Shown: positions 48,414 through 57,501 of the stretch, one piece after another
Layout of the letters: each line of letters starts with the position of its first letter
Position numbering within the stretch: the first letter of the stretch is position 1
Assembly: GCA_036337435.1 (NCBI GenBank)
Contig: JAYZEG010000062.1
Location: forward strand, 96,001-160,000
DNA length: 64,000 nt
Direction: 5' to 3'
Source: Myxococcota bacterium
GTDB taxonomy: Bacteria > Myxococcota_A > Bradymonadia > UBA7976 > UBA1532
Translations under genes and position numbers: made by a program
The notes under the pieces: model-generated
Database searches by the model: none
What the model saw: the letters and a program-made list of their open reading frames with translations, nothing else
What the model was told of the DNA's origin: nothing

Positions 48414-49205
48414 TTGGTCGCGACAAAAACTACTCTACTCGTTCCGCTCACATTCGTGCTTGCCGTTTTTCTATTCTGGTTTAGGCCAGGTGGAATAGAC
48501 GGCCCACGAGTTGACCCGATCCCTATGAAGGGAAAAGGGTTCGATCATTCGTTATTGAGCAAAGTGTATGCCCAGGTTGTGGATGAGGCGGGGGAAGTTG
48601 ACTATGCAGCACTCAAGGCTCAACCAGATACGCTCGATCGATACCTTGGTCATATTGCAGCAACGAGTCCGAAAAATGCACCTCATCGTTTTCGCAGCAT
48701 AGACGATAGGCTGGCTTACTACCTGAATGCTTACAATGCGTTCGTGCTTGCCGCGGTCAGGGACCACTGTCCCATCGAAAATGTTGATGACGAATATATC
48801 GGGGGTGGTTTTTTTTGGCGGGTATCGTTTCTTATGGGTGGCGAATCAATCACGCTAACGCGGTTACAGTCAGAACGTATTCGTCCGGTTATGCAGAGAA
48901 ATCCATCTGTTCATTTTGCCCTTGTCGGTGGTGCTAAGGGACATCTGAGTCCATCGGGTTACGCATTTACAGGACCCTCGCTAAAACAGCAGCTCAACTC
49001 TCTTGAACAGCGGGTTATTATGGATTCACGTTTCGTAGAAAAACAGAATGGCGTGCTTAATTTAAGCAAGATTTTCGAATGGTATAAGTCCGATTTTATT
49101 GATCCTAAACAGTGGGTTGGGCGATTGGCACCCGATAAGATAGACGGCGTTGAATCGGTTCGATTTAGACCATTCGACTGGAATCTCAATGGACGCTGCC
49201 CCTAG
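48414..49205 (+). CDS. DUF547 domain protein
   Basis: GEVDYAAL, LAYYLNAYNA, PSVHFALV, LSKIFEWYKSDF, FDWNLN. Confidence 0.85.
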   Translation: MVATKTTLLVPLTFVLAVFLFWFRPGGIDGPRVDPIPMKGKGFDHSLLSKVYAQVVDEAGEVDYAALKAQPDTLDRYLGHIAATSPKNAPHRFRSIDDRLAYYLNAYNAFVLAAVRDHCPIENVDDEYIGGGFFWRVSFLMGGESITLTRLQSERIRPVMQRNPSVHFALVGGAKGHLSPSGYAFTGPSLKQQLNSLEQRVIMDSRFVEKQNGVLNLSKIFEWYKSDFIDPKQWVGRLAPDKIDGVESVRFRPFDWNLNGRCP

Positions 49206-49283
49206 GTGTGACAAGTCGATTCTTGCATTTCCAGGGTGTCGGTGCATTAATTCGATGGTTCGAGTCCCTATCGGTTTTCAGGA

Positions 49284-50417
49284 GTGAAAATAATGACCCA
49301 GCGAATTGCTCTGGCTGAGCATAGTGTCACGATTCGACATGCCGTTCGGGTTTCGTTGAGTAGCCTGGGTTTCGACTTAATTGAGGTGGCGACAGCACCT
49401 GAACTCTTGGATGTATTACGCAGCGATACGATCACATTATGTATTTTGAACAGCTGCCTGCCCGAGATAGATGCGAACTCCCTGAGGGATTTGATAGACG
49501 AACTAAAGGTTCCGATTTTATGCCTTGAGGACGGTGAGAGTGATGCACTGGTTGCTGTATTTGGCTCTCAACAAACTCAGCTTCAGATTCCTTTTGAATC
49601 CCAAGTTTTGGTAGAAGCTGTTTGCGCCATGCTCAATCTCGATGTGCCAGATCAAGACTTATATGCCCCCTATCGAATTGATGTACCGTTGGCTCATAAA
49701 GGCGATGAGGGAGCCAAAAATGAAGATGGACAGACCGTAGAACTGACTCCGATTTCAGACGAAGCTGAATCGGTCGATGCAAGTGCGGACTTTGACGAAA
49801 GCGTTCATACGGACACGATGTCCGAACGAGAAGAGTCCAAGTCAACTGTCGGGATAGTCGATCAAACGCTTGTCGGAGAAAATGAGTCACAATCCCATGG
49901 AATAGTTCGAACTGAGACATATGAGGTATCACCCGAGCAGGTTCTTGATGCGATGGCGGAGTCGGCAGACTTTGACGAAGCGGATTCAGTCACAAACCCC
50001 ATCGACGCCCTCGATGCGGAAGCAGCGGTTCTTCCCATTTTGGAAGATCCTCAAAATGAACCGCTGGCCATTGATGAGAGTAGACCTCCGACTCTTAAGA
50101 TAGATGAAGCCGATGATGAATCACCTGGCGATTCACTGACCCCGGAGTTAGTCCATGATCACGACTCAGATTTGGTCTCTGATCTCGAACGGAGCCCGCA
50201 TCAGAGTGCGTCTGTAGCGGAGTCGCAATCGGCAACCAGCCTAGTTAAGCTGCCCGAGAGATTAGCGGACTTAGAGACGCTTCAAGCCCTCAATGTATCG
50301 AAAGAAGTCGTTGAGAGGGTTGCCTGGGCAGTTGTTCCCGTGCTCGCTGAAGCCATCATCAAAGAAGAGGTCAGAAAACTTTTGGATTCGAAGGCCTCGG
50401 ACGACAACTCCATCTAA
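49284..50417 (+). CDS. romR: RomR-like polarity protein (degenerate receiver, acidic linker, conserved C-terminal helix)
   Basis: N-terminal receiver-like domain (SVTIRHAV...PFESQVL). C-terminal SKEVVERVAWAVVPVLAEAIIKEE resembles the RomR C-terminal motif (recalled as SREVIEKIAWEVVPQLAETIIREE). Confidence 0.75.
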   Translation: MKIMTQRIALAEHSVTIRHAVRVSLSSLGFDLIEVATAPELLDVLRSDTITLCILNSCLPEIDANSLRDLIDELKVPILCLEDGESDALVAVFGSQQTQLQIPFESQVLVEAVCAMLNLDVPDQDLYAPYRIDVPLAHKGDEGAKNEDGQTVELTPISDEAESVDASADFDESVHTDTMSEREESKSTVGIVDQTLVGENESQSHGIVRTETYEVSPEQVLDAMAESADFDEADSVTNPIDALDAEAAVLPILEDPQNEPLAIDESRPPTLKIDEADDESPGDSLTPELVHDHDSDLVSDLERSPHQSASVAESQSATSLVKLPERLADLETLQALNVSKEVVERVAWAVVPVLAEAIIKEEVRKLLDSKASDDNSI

Positions 50418-50466
50418 CGCAAGCTGCCCTCCAGTGAGTTGAGTGATACCAAAACGCGTATTGGAG

Positions 50467-50492
50467 ACCACTGCGCTTTCCGGCGCAGTGGT
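50467..50492. terminator. Hairpin between convergent genes (probable bidirectional terminator)
   Basis: ACCACTGCGC-tttccg-GCGCAGTGGT, a perfect 10-bp stem. Confidence 0.6.
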
Positions 50493-50519
50493 GGATTTGA
50501 ATCACCTTATTTCGACAAA

Positions 50520-52577
50520 TTAGCGAGGCTGTGCTGCGCCGCAGCTATTCTGAGGGTTTCTTGGTGCGCAGACGAAGTTGATGTTACTGACAGCACCGCC
50601 CTCACCCACGTGGGCTGAACATTCAAATCCATCGCCACAGGTGGCGTCACCAGGGCCATCACATGGCTGCAGACAGGCATTGCCTGTTCCGGCACTCCCG
50701 TATTGGACTTCGCTGCAGACGAGATCACCGCCACAGACAGCAGTTCTGTCGAAGGCGCATGGTGTGCAAACAGCGGTCGGCCGACAAACTTTCGCTTCAG
50801 CACCGCTTGCTGCGTCCATGACTTGGCGACTACAGGAGTATCCTTCGCCACCGCAGTCATCAGCCGACCGACAGGTGGCAAGACAGTAGCCTGCGACAGC
50901 ACTATCCGTAGACAGTGGCAGGCATGTTTCTGATTGGCAGTCCATATCTGAGCTGCATTCGCTGCCCGCACTGCCCGCCCCTTCGTTGGTCATGCATAGT
51001 GTTTCTACTACCGGTGGGTCTGAGCCAATGATGTTAATGCCACAATGTTCACCTTCGCCGCAGTCCGCATCTCTGCGACAGGAGGTGAGGCTTGCCTCCG
51101 GCATGCCCAAAAGCCGATTCTCAACGCAGGAGCCGCCTTCTAGGTCAGCTGTCAGGCCAATTCCGAAACATAGACTTCCTTCGGCGCAATCCCGGCTGTT
51201 ACGGCATGGTTCTCCGCAGAAGCCAGAGCCGCCGGCATTCAGGCAAAGGGATGGGTTTGTACATTCACCAGACAATCCACCGCACTCTTCACCGTAGCCA
51301 ACAGCATTGATCGGAATGGTTGCACAACGGCCAGACGCTGTAATTTCGCTTACTGTTCGACCGGCTTCAATCTCGCCCCTGATGACGTAGTCACACGCTT
51401 CATCGGGGATATCGCCCTCGGCCGCACAGTCTGCATTTGTCTGGCATGGACGCCCAGATCCTGATCCTTTTCGACAAATCTGAGCTGGTGCTGAACCCGG
51501 CTCAGCACTGATACCGAAGTTAATAATTGTGCAGTAGTCTTCGTCTGGGCAATCGTCGTCTGTGTTGCACATGCCTGAGCAATAGCCGTTGCCATTCTCG
51601 TCGTCAAAGCATGTGGCACCTTGGCATGCAACTTCCGGAAATTGGGCAGTACACTCGTCTGTTACGCAGCATTCGCCGCCGGCGGTCACCGATCCATCTT
51701 CCTTTGGAAGACAAATGCCCCGCAGGATATTGTTTCTATTGAATTCGAATCCGAGCACGCATGCGAAGTCATCCGGGCAGTCCGTATCCGTTTCGCAATA
51801 TTGAGGCATGCAAATATCGACGTTGTAACTGCTGTCGGTCCCAAATGGATACCATTCTTCAAAGCATCTATAGCCCGTTGGACAAGGTGATTCGGCTGCA
51901 TCTGGGTCGCAAAACGAAGTGCAGACATCGTATAGGCACATGTCGTTCGCGCAGAAGACACCAGCTTCTTCGTCACAGGACTCACCAATCTCGCGGCCGT
52001 CGGGTGTGCGCGGCTGGCAAACAGCACCGTAGAATGTGTCAGGCGCAAAGATCAGTTGGTACTTGCAGGCTTCTTCCGGATCGTCACACTGGCCGTTTCG
52101 TGAATAATCGCATCGGTCGTTGGATCCTGGCGCGCAGGTTCCACTCACGCCGTCTGTCAAGCACTTAAACTCCGTGCCATAGGGTCCATTAGGCACAGCA
52201 TTTTCGCACTGCGTATCATCGATACAACTTCGTGTGCAGAATCCGTACTGAGTTGTAAACACCGGGTATGAACAATCGCCTGTATTGCATTCGATGTTCA
52301 AACAGTCTGGCCAGTCAGCTGAGTCTGAATCGCAATTATCTGGTCGGTAACATGCATCCCCGAAATCGTATTCATCGCCGGGCGCGACAGGCATGTAGGG
52401 CTTCGTATTTTCACCCTCGATTCGTTCTGGCCAATCGTTGGTTGGCCAGTCGAGTGTTTCAGTCCTTGATTGGTCTACATGTTGGACTGCGCGTGCACCC
52501 GTCGGCACCGCCTTTCTGTCTGCGCATCCTGTGAAGACCAATGTCACCGCCAAGAGTGTAAAAAATGTAAGACGCAT
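50520..52577 (-). CDS. Cysteine-rich repeat lipoprotein (myxobacterial type)
   Basis: MRLTFFTLLAVTLVFTGC lipobox; many G(Y/F)C-x3-C-x4-C-x3..4-C and GEEC-type repeats. Confidence 0.8.
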   Translation of the reverse strand: MRLTFFTLLAVTLVFTGCADRKAVPTGARAVQHVDQSRTETLDWPTNDWPERIEGENTKPYMPVAPGDEYDFGDACYRPDNCDSDSADWPDCLNIECNTGDCSYPVFTTQYGFCTRSCIDDTQCENAVPNGPYGTEFKCLTDGVSGTCAPGSNDRCDYSRNGQCDDPEEACKYQLIFAPDTFYGAVCQPRTPDGREIGESCDEEAGVFCANDMCLYDVCTSFCDPDAAESPCPTGYRCFEEWYPFGTDSSYNVDICMPQYCETDTDCPDDFACVLGFEFNRNNILRGICLPKEDGSVTAGGECCVTDECTAQFPEVACQGATCFDDENGNGYCSGMCNTDDDCPDEDYCTIINFGISAEPGSAPAQICRKGSGSGRPCQTNADCAAEGDIPDEACDYVIRGEIEAGRTVSEITASGRCATIPINAVGYGEECGGLSGECTNPSLCLNAGGSGFCGEPCRNSRDCAEGSLCFGIGLTADLEGGSCVENRLLGMPEASLTSCRRDADCGEGEHCGINIIGSDPPVVETLCMTNEGAGSAGSECSSDMDCQSETCLPLSTDSAVAGYCLATCRSADDCGGEGYSCSRQVMDAASGAEAKVCRPTAVCTPCAFDRTAVCGGDLVCSEVQYGSAGTGNACLQPCDGPGDATCGDGFECSAHVGEGGAVSNINFVCAPRNPQNSCGAAQPR

Positions 52578-52808
52578 GCGGATCCCCTTCGAGTCGAGCA
52601 ACTGCCAATTCTGAAAGCCAGAAGTCCGGCGAATCCTAGTGATCAGTTGCCCTCTTCGTCAAGGAGATCCTGTTATGTTGCATAAAGATCTTTTGTTGGA
52701 AGTACCTCGAAAAAGGGATATGAACATATTCCAATGATTGCCGATATTGGTAGAGGTTGATACTGTACCCCCGGCGGAATAGACGGAAAGTAGGCGTCGA
52801 CGACATCA

Positions 52809-55031
52809 ATGAAGTTCACTTGCGACCAGTGTAGTACGCGTTATTCGATCTCTGACGAGAAGGTCGATGGCAAAGTTTTGAAGATCAGATGTAAGGTCTG
52901 CGAATTTACGATGGTGGTGCGCGGAAGTGATTCTCGGACGGGCGGTTCGGTGAGTGCCGTCACAGCTGCGGCCTCGAGCATCATGGAGCCGATCTACGAG
53001 ATAGAATGGTATGCAGCACCGGATGGACAGCAGGTCGGTCCTGTTCCGCTGGAGCGGATTCGAGCCATGATTCGGTCGGGAATATTGACTGCTGAGAGCG
53101 TTGTATGGAACGAAAACCTGTCAGACTGGACGCCGGCAGCCGAGATCGACGAACTCAAAGCGATGTTCGCCAGCAAACAAAAAGCCCCGCCACCTCTACC
53201 TCCGAAGCTCCAAAAGGCTGATGTAGCAAGCCCGGTCTCGCTTACGCCAACAGAGCCCTCGGTTGCCCCGGCCGGACGAATGGTCTCGCCCGATGCTACC
53301 ATTCCAAATCAGCAGAGCGAGCGGGGAGATGCAACGACAGCCTTGTCGGTAGACAGTCCTCAAAGTGCTGTTGGACCCGTAACGGATCGGGCGACGCTTC
53401 AGTATTCGTCCCCCGATCATTCAGAGCCAGGACTTCCATCGAGTGAAAGCCTCGTACCCGCGGCTGACGCTCTGTATGTCCCGGCGGCAACCCTCGATTT
53501 ACCTGAGTCGGACGATGAGCCATCTGCTCCAAGCGACACCTTTGCATCCTTGAGCAGTGAGTCTTCGTCTGGAGCAACATCGGGACAGGCTTCGTTGGTC
53601 AGCCAGGCCGACGGTCCAGAAGACGTTGGTGATTCAACCGAGTTAATGAGTCTAGTTGGCTTGACTGATGGGGGTGGTCATTCGGGGACTCAGGAGGCTG
53701 TTCCTGAGTACGGTGGGGCGGCCTTAAAAGACCAGTCAACCAGAAAAATTGAACGGCCAGAGTCCGATAGAGAGGGCTCTGTAGCTCCATTGGCAGCCGA
53801 TCCAGTTAAACAGGCAGATGGCATAGAATCTGACTCTGTGAGCGCGCTCTCGATCCATGGATTACCGGCGATCGATGACGTGTCTGACGCGCCTGTGGCC
53901 GTCGATCAGGTCGAGGCAATGCCCGACGATGTGCCTACATTGAATATCTCGTCTCAGTCCAACGCAATAAACATTTCGAGCGAACCGTTACCCACATTCC
54001 CAACACAGCCGTCGTCTGTGGCGACAGAGCGTAGGGCTGGTCCTAAGGTTGGTAAATCATCTTCTTCGGTGTCCCCAGGGCTCGTTGTTGCTGCCTGTTT
54101 GATCGGCACTACGGCCATGATTTGTGCTGTGATCTATTTCTCGGCGTATCGGGACAAAGTGGAGAGGAAGCGGGGCGTTGTTGTTCAAACTCAGGTGGAT
54201 GCGTCGACCAGGGTCGCGTCTGCGCAAATCGTCGATGCGGGTCTGTCAGCCCCTTCGGTCAAACCGATGGTATTGCCAAGGGGTGCCGGTCAAGACGAGA
54301 CAGATTCAAAGCAACGGCTAAAAACTGAAGCGGACAAACCGGTTGTTAAGTTGAAACCATCTGAAGTCGACCGTCGAAAATCTATCGAAGGGAAGTCCAC
54401 TGCGAAAGCCGCTAAGCCAGATCGGAAAAAGTCGGACAAGGATAGGCCTAGGGGCGTGAGAAAAGGGGCGACTAAAACACGGTCCAGTAAAGCTAAGGCG
54501 TCGCGAACCCAGGAGAAAGCACGGCCAAGTGAGTCGAAAAAAAATGCTGTTGCGAGTTCGCCAAAGTCGAAATCGTCTTCAAAAGAACAGATATCATCGA
54601 AGCAAAAGAAGAAGGCAGAGCCGAGGACTCGTCGAAACTTTATGCTCGCCGGCGGTCCTTCGTCTAGTATTCCCGACCCGACGCTGAAGACACAGAAACA
54701 AGCTGCGAATCCAGGCCGCCAGACGAATGGCCTATCTCAAGGTGTCGTAAATGGTGTAGCAAGCCGGTACGTGGGTGCGATGCAGGGCTGTTACAACCGC
54801 CATTTGAAAAAGGACCCAACCTTCAATCCGGGGCGGTTGATGCTCAGGTTTCAGATTAGGCCGACAGGCTTGACGGCCAACGTACGAGTTCTGGGAAAAG
54901 GTGGCTCGTCACTGTCTAGCGGGATTTTGTCTAAGTGTTTGAAAAGACTCGTCAAGAGATGGAGGTTTCCGACGTTTCAAGGGGCTCCGTTCGATACACA
55001 CTTCCCATTGGTCTTCCAGCGGCAATTCTAG
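52809..55031 (+). CDS. AgmX/GltJ-like protein: zinc ribbon + GYF_2 + linker + TM + TonB-C-like domain
   Basis: MKFTCDQCSTRYSISDEK...IRCKVC; WY..GQQVGPV...VWNENLSDW; TM helix near aa 425-447; C-terminal CY...FQIRPTG...CL...WRFP. Confidence 0.8.
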   Translation: MKFTCDQCSTRYSISDEKVDGKVLKIRCKVCEFTMVVRGSDSRTGGSVSAVTAAASSIMEPIYEIEWYAAPDGQQVGPVPLERIRAMIRSGILTAESVVWNENLSDWTPAAEIDELKAMFASKQKAPPPLPPKLQKADVASPVSLTPTEPSVAPAGRMVSPDATIPNQQSERGDATTALSVDSPQSAVGPVTDRATLQYSSPDHSEPGLPSSESLVPAADALYVPAATLDLPESDDEPSAPSDTFASLSSESSSGATSGQASLVSQADGPEDVGDSTELMSLVGLTDGGGHSGTQEAVPEYGGAALKDQSTRKIERPESDREGSVAPLAADPVKQADGIESDSVSALSIHGLPAIDDVSDAPVAVDQVEAMPDDVPTLNISSQSNAINISSEPLPTFPTQPSSVATERRAGPKVGKSSSSVSPGLVVAACLIGTTAMICAVIYFSAYRDKVERKRGVVVQTQVDASTRVASAQIVDAGLSAPSVKPMVLPRGAGQDETDSKQRLKTEADKPVVKLKPSEVDRRKSIEGKSTAKAAKPDRKKSDKDRPRGVRKGATKTRSSKAKASRTQEKARPSESKKNAVASSPKSKSSSKEQISSKQKKKAEPRTRRNFMLAGGPSSSIPDPTLKTQKQAANPGRQTNGLSQGVVNGVASRYVGAMQGCYNRHLKKDPTFNPGRLMLRFQIRPTGLTANVRVLGKGGSSLSSGILSKCLKRLVKRWRFPTFQGAPFDTHFPLVFQRQF

Positions 55032-55092
55032 TGTGGGATAAATTGAACACCGCACTGGTTAAAATGCTCTGCGCAGGCTAGGATAGAGACCT

Positions 55093-56010
55093 ATGAACGA
55101 TGAACAACTAGTTGAGCTTATTGCGAGTCGTGTCCGTGCCAGGTTAATGGCAGGCGGTGCCGGCCAGGGTTACACTCGGACTCACGGCGATGCGCCTAGC
55201 CATTCACAGCCTGGTTACTCGCAGACGAATTTATCCGGACAGCACAACGACATGCCAGACGGTACAAACGAGTGCGGAATGTGTGCTGTCCAACGTCCTG
55301 ATGGCACTTATGGTGCCGGTCACATCGGCCATGTTGGCGAATTGACGGGTGAAATAGCGAGCTATATCGATCACACATTGCTCAAACCTGAAGCGACTAA
55401 GGATCAGCTCTTCAAACTTGCTGAAGAAGCTCGTAAACACCAATTCGCTACGGTTTGTGTCAATTCAGTCAACGTCCATATGATGGCGAGATTTCTGAAT
55501 GGTAGTGGTGTACCTGTTTGCGCGGTTGTTGGCTTTCCCCTTGGTGCCATGAGCCCTCGTTCAAAAGCGTATGAGACTCGCGAAGCGATTCGTTGTGGTG
55601 CTGGTGAAATCGACATGGTCATCAATATCGGAGCACTCAAAAGCGGTGACTACGAATTGGTTTTGAGGGACATAAAGGCCGTCGTTGAAGCCGCCAAGCC
55701 AATTGGCGTCAAAGTGATCCTGGAGACGACAAAACTCGAACATAACGAGAAAGTCATCGCCTGTGCCTTGTCCAAAGCAGCCGGTGCGGCTTTTGTTAAA
55801 ACCAGCACGGGTTTTGGCGGCGGAGGTGCAACCGTCGAAGACGTGACTCTCATGCGTGAGCTCGTTGGAACAGAAATGGGCGTGAAAGCATCCGGTGGTG
55901 TTCGAAGTAAGGAAGATGTGAACGCAATGATCCGAGCGGGAGCCAATCGGATTGGTGCTTCGGCGAGTGTCGCGATCGTAACCGGTGGGAAGGCGACGGG
56001 GACCTATTAA
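55093..56010 (+). CDS. deoC: Deoxyribose-phosphate aldolase with an N-terminal extension of about 85 aa
   Basis: [52 protein letters not shown]. Confidence 0.96.
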   Translation: MNDEQLVELIASRVRARLMAGGAGQGYTRTHGDAPSHSQPGYSQTNLSGQHNDMPDGTNECGMCAVQRPDGTYGAGHIGHVGELTGEIASYIDHTLLKPEATKDQLFKLAEEARKHQFATVCVNSVNVHMMARFLNGSGVPVCAVVGFPLGAMSPRSKAYETREAIRCGAGEIDMVINIGALKSGDYELVLRDIKAVVEAAKPIGVKVILETTKLEHNEKVIACALSKAAGAAFVKTSTGFGGGGATVEDVTLMRELVGTEMGVKASGGVRSKEDVNAMIRAGANRIGASASVAIVTGGKATGTY

Positions 56011-56039
56011 AGGACTTCAGACCTCACCTTAAAACCCGT

Positions 56040-57416
56040 TTATCGAGGTCCACAATCCGCGCAATCAGTGCCGAATTCACAGACAGAAAAAGCAGCGTCA
56101 GGACCGCCATCGTCGCATGCGCCGTCGTCGGCGAATGCACATGTATTCTCGCAAAGACCGTCGACATTGGGATTGCCCGGGGCTGCTTCAGCCGACGCGA
56201 TTTCAATCATGACAGCACCTGCTGAGTTTAGTCCGTAACCGTGGACGGTGATGAAATAGATTTGTCCAGCTTGAACCTGCATTGTTAGCCTTGAGGTGGT
56301 TCCGTTCCCTCCATCATCATCGCAGGCCATTTCACTATTTGCATCGTTACACTGAGTCCGAGCCGTCAGCACGGTATCGAAACTAGAGCCGCTGGTATCG
56401 ACTGAAATGATTTGAGTGTCAGGCAGCATCAATTGAAACACCAGGTCTGGTCCTATACCGCGATTTCCACAACTGGAGGTCAGGTCGTTGGGTGCTCCAT
56501 TTGTGTTCGCCATGTAGAGACCCAGTGCATTGATTTGTTGCGGTGCTTGGCAGCTCGCACGGCCGTCTTGTGGCGGAACATCTCGACAAATGGTTAGGAT
56601 GCAGTTCGGATCGTTGGCCGGGCAAGCGCACAGTTGGTCTGCTGGGCAATCCTCATCAAAAAAACACACGCCTCGGCACGTTCCATCAGCGCAAGTTAGG
56701 CCGAGAATGCAGTCGAAAGATGAAACGCATCTCTCTCCAAGTCCGGCGCCCTCTGAGCCGCCAGGTGCTCCATTATTTCCGCCGGTGGTTGCGCCGCCAA
56801 CACATTCATTGGCGATACACTGGGCTCTTGGCGGGCAGTGATAATCTTCTGTGCAGCATCGTCGGTTTGGAAAGTCCTCGTCTGGTGTCCCGTCACAATC
56901 GTTATCTAAACCATCACACCGTTCAGGTGTCGGGGTTGTATCGGCAACCTGACATTCCACAACTCCGGTTTCCAGATTGCATGCAAGTGTTCCAATACCC
57001 GTGCAACCGTTATCGAGTCGGTCTGTACAATTCATTCCGAGTCCCAGTCCTTCATCAGTCTGTCCATCACAGTCATCGTCGTGGGCGTTGCATCTTTCTA
57101 AAGTCGACATGCAGTCACTCCATTGCCCATCAGTACAGCTTTGTTGACCGCACATTGAACCACAGGCTCGTCGCTGATCTGTTTGACACGCCTGTTCCGG
57201 TGTCGCTTCATCCGTGAGATTGCCCTGGGGGTCTGTTTGAATGGTTGGTAAGTCGGCCCCATCCATAGGCGTCGAATTGGGTGGTGGCTCCGCGTTCAAA
57301 ACCGGCCGATCTACGGGTGCTTCGATTTGAATGACGCCCCCGTTTTGCTCCTCTGCGCCACAGCCTGTGAACAACACCCACACATACAAACAACTGTGAA
57401 TTCCTAGCTTTCTCAT
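56040..57416 (-). CDS. Cys-rich lipoprotein with MopE-like repeats and a PPC-like beta domain
   Basis: Lipobox FTGC from ATG 57416; ERCNAHDDDCDGQTDE, ERCDGLDNDCDGTPDE; FDTVL...CDDDGG...SRL...YFITVHGY. Confidence 0.8.
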   Translation of the reverse strand: MRKLGIHSCLYVWVLFTGCGAEEQNGGVIQIEAPVDRPVLNAEPPPNSTPMDGADLPTIQTDPQGNLTDEATPEQACQTDQRRACGSMCGQQSCTDGQWSDCMSTLERCNAHDDDCDGQTDEGLGLGMNCTDRLDNGCTGIGTLACNLETGVVECQVADTTPTPERCDGLDNDCDGTPDEDFPNRRCCTEDYHCPPRAQCIANECVGGATTGGNNGAPGGSEGAGLGERCVSSFDCILGLTCADGTCRGVCFFDEDCPADQLCACPANDPNCILTICRDVPPQDGRASCQAPQQINALGLYMANTNGAPNDLTSSCGNRGIGPDLVFQLMLPDTQIISVDTSGSSFDTVLTARTQCNDANSEMACDDDGGNGTTSRLTMQVQAGQIYFITVHGYGLNSAGAVMIEIASAEAAPGNPNVDGLCENTCAFADDGACDDGGPDAAFSVCEFGTDCADCGPR

Positions 57417-57501
57417 CTTATCACGTGCTCTCGGTGCCTTCTTTGCCTCGGTGATATACGTCTCAGAGTTGCGCTGAGTTAACTTTATGCTGACTGATAA
57501 T

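Noticed and set aside
49250..49278. GGTTCGAGTCCC, a tRNA T-loop-like sequence upstream of the romR-like gene
   Set aside because: No proper 5-bp T-stem, D-arm, anticodon arm or acceptor stem can be formed.
48390..50432. The same 10-mer GCTGCCCTCC just after the stop codons of both the ECF and romR-like genes
   Set aside because: Only two short copies with unrelated flanks; not enough to call a REP-like element.
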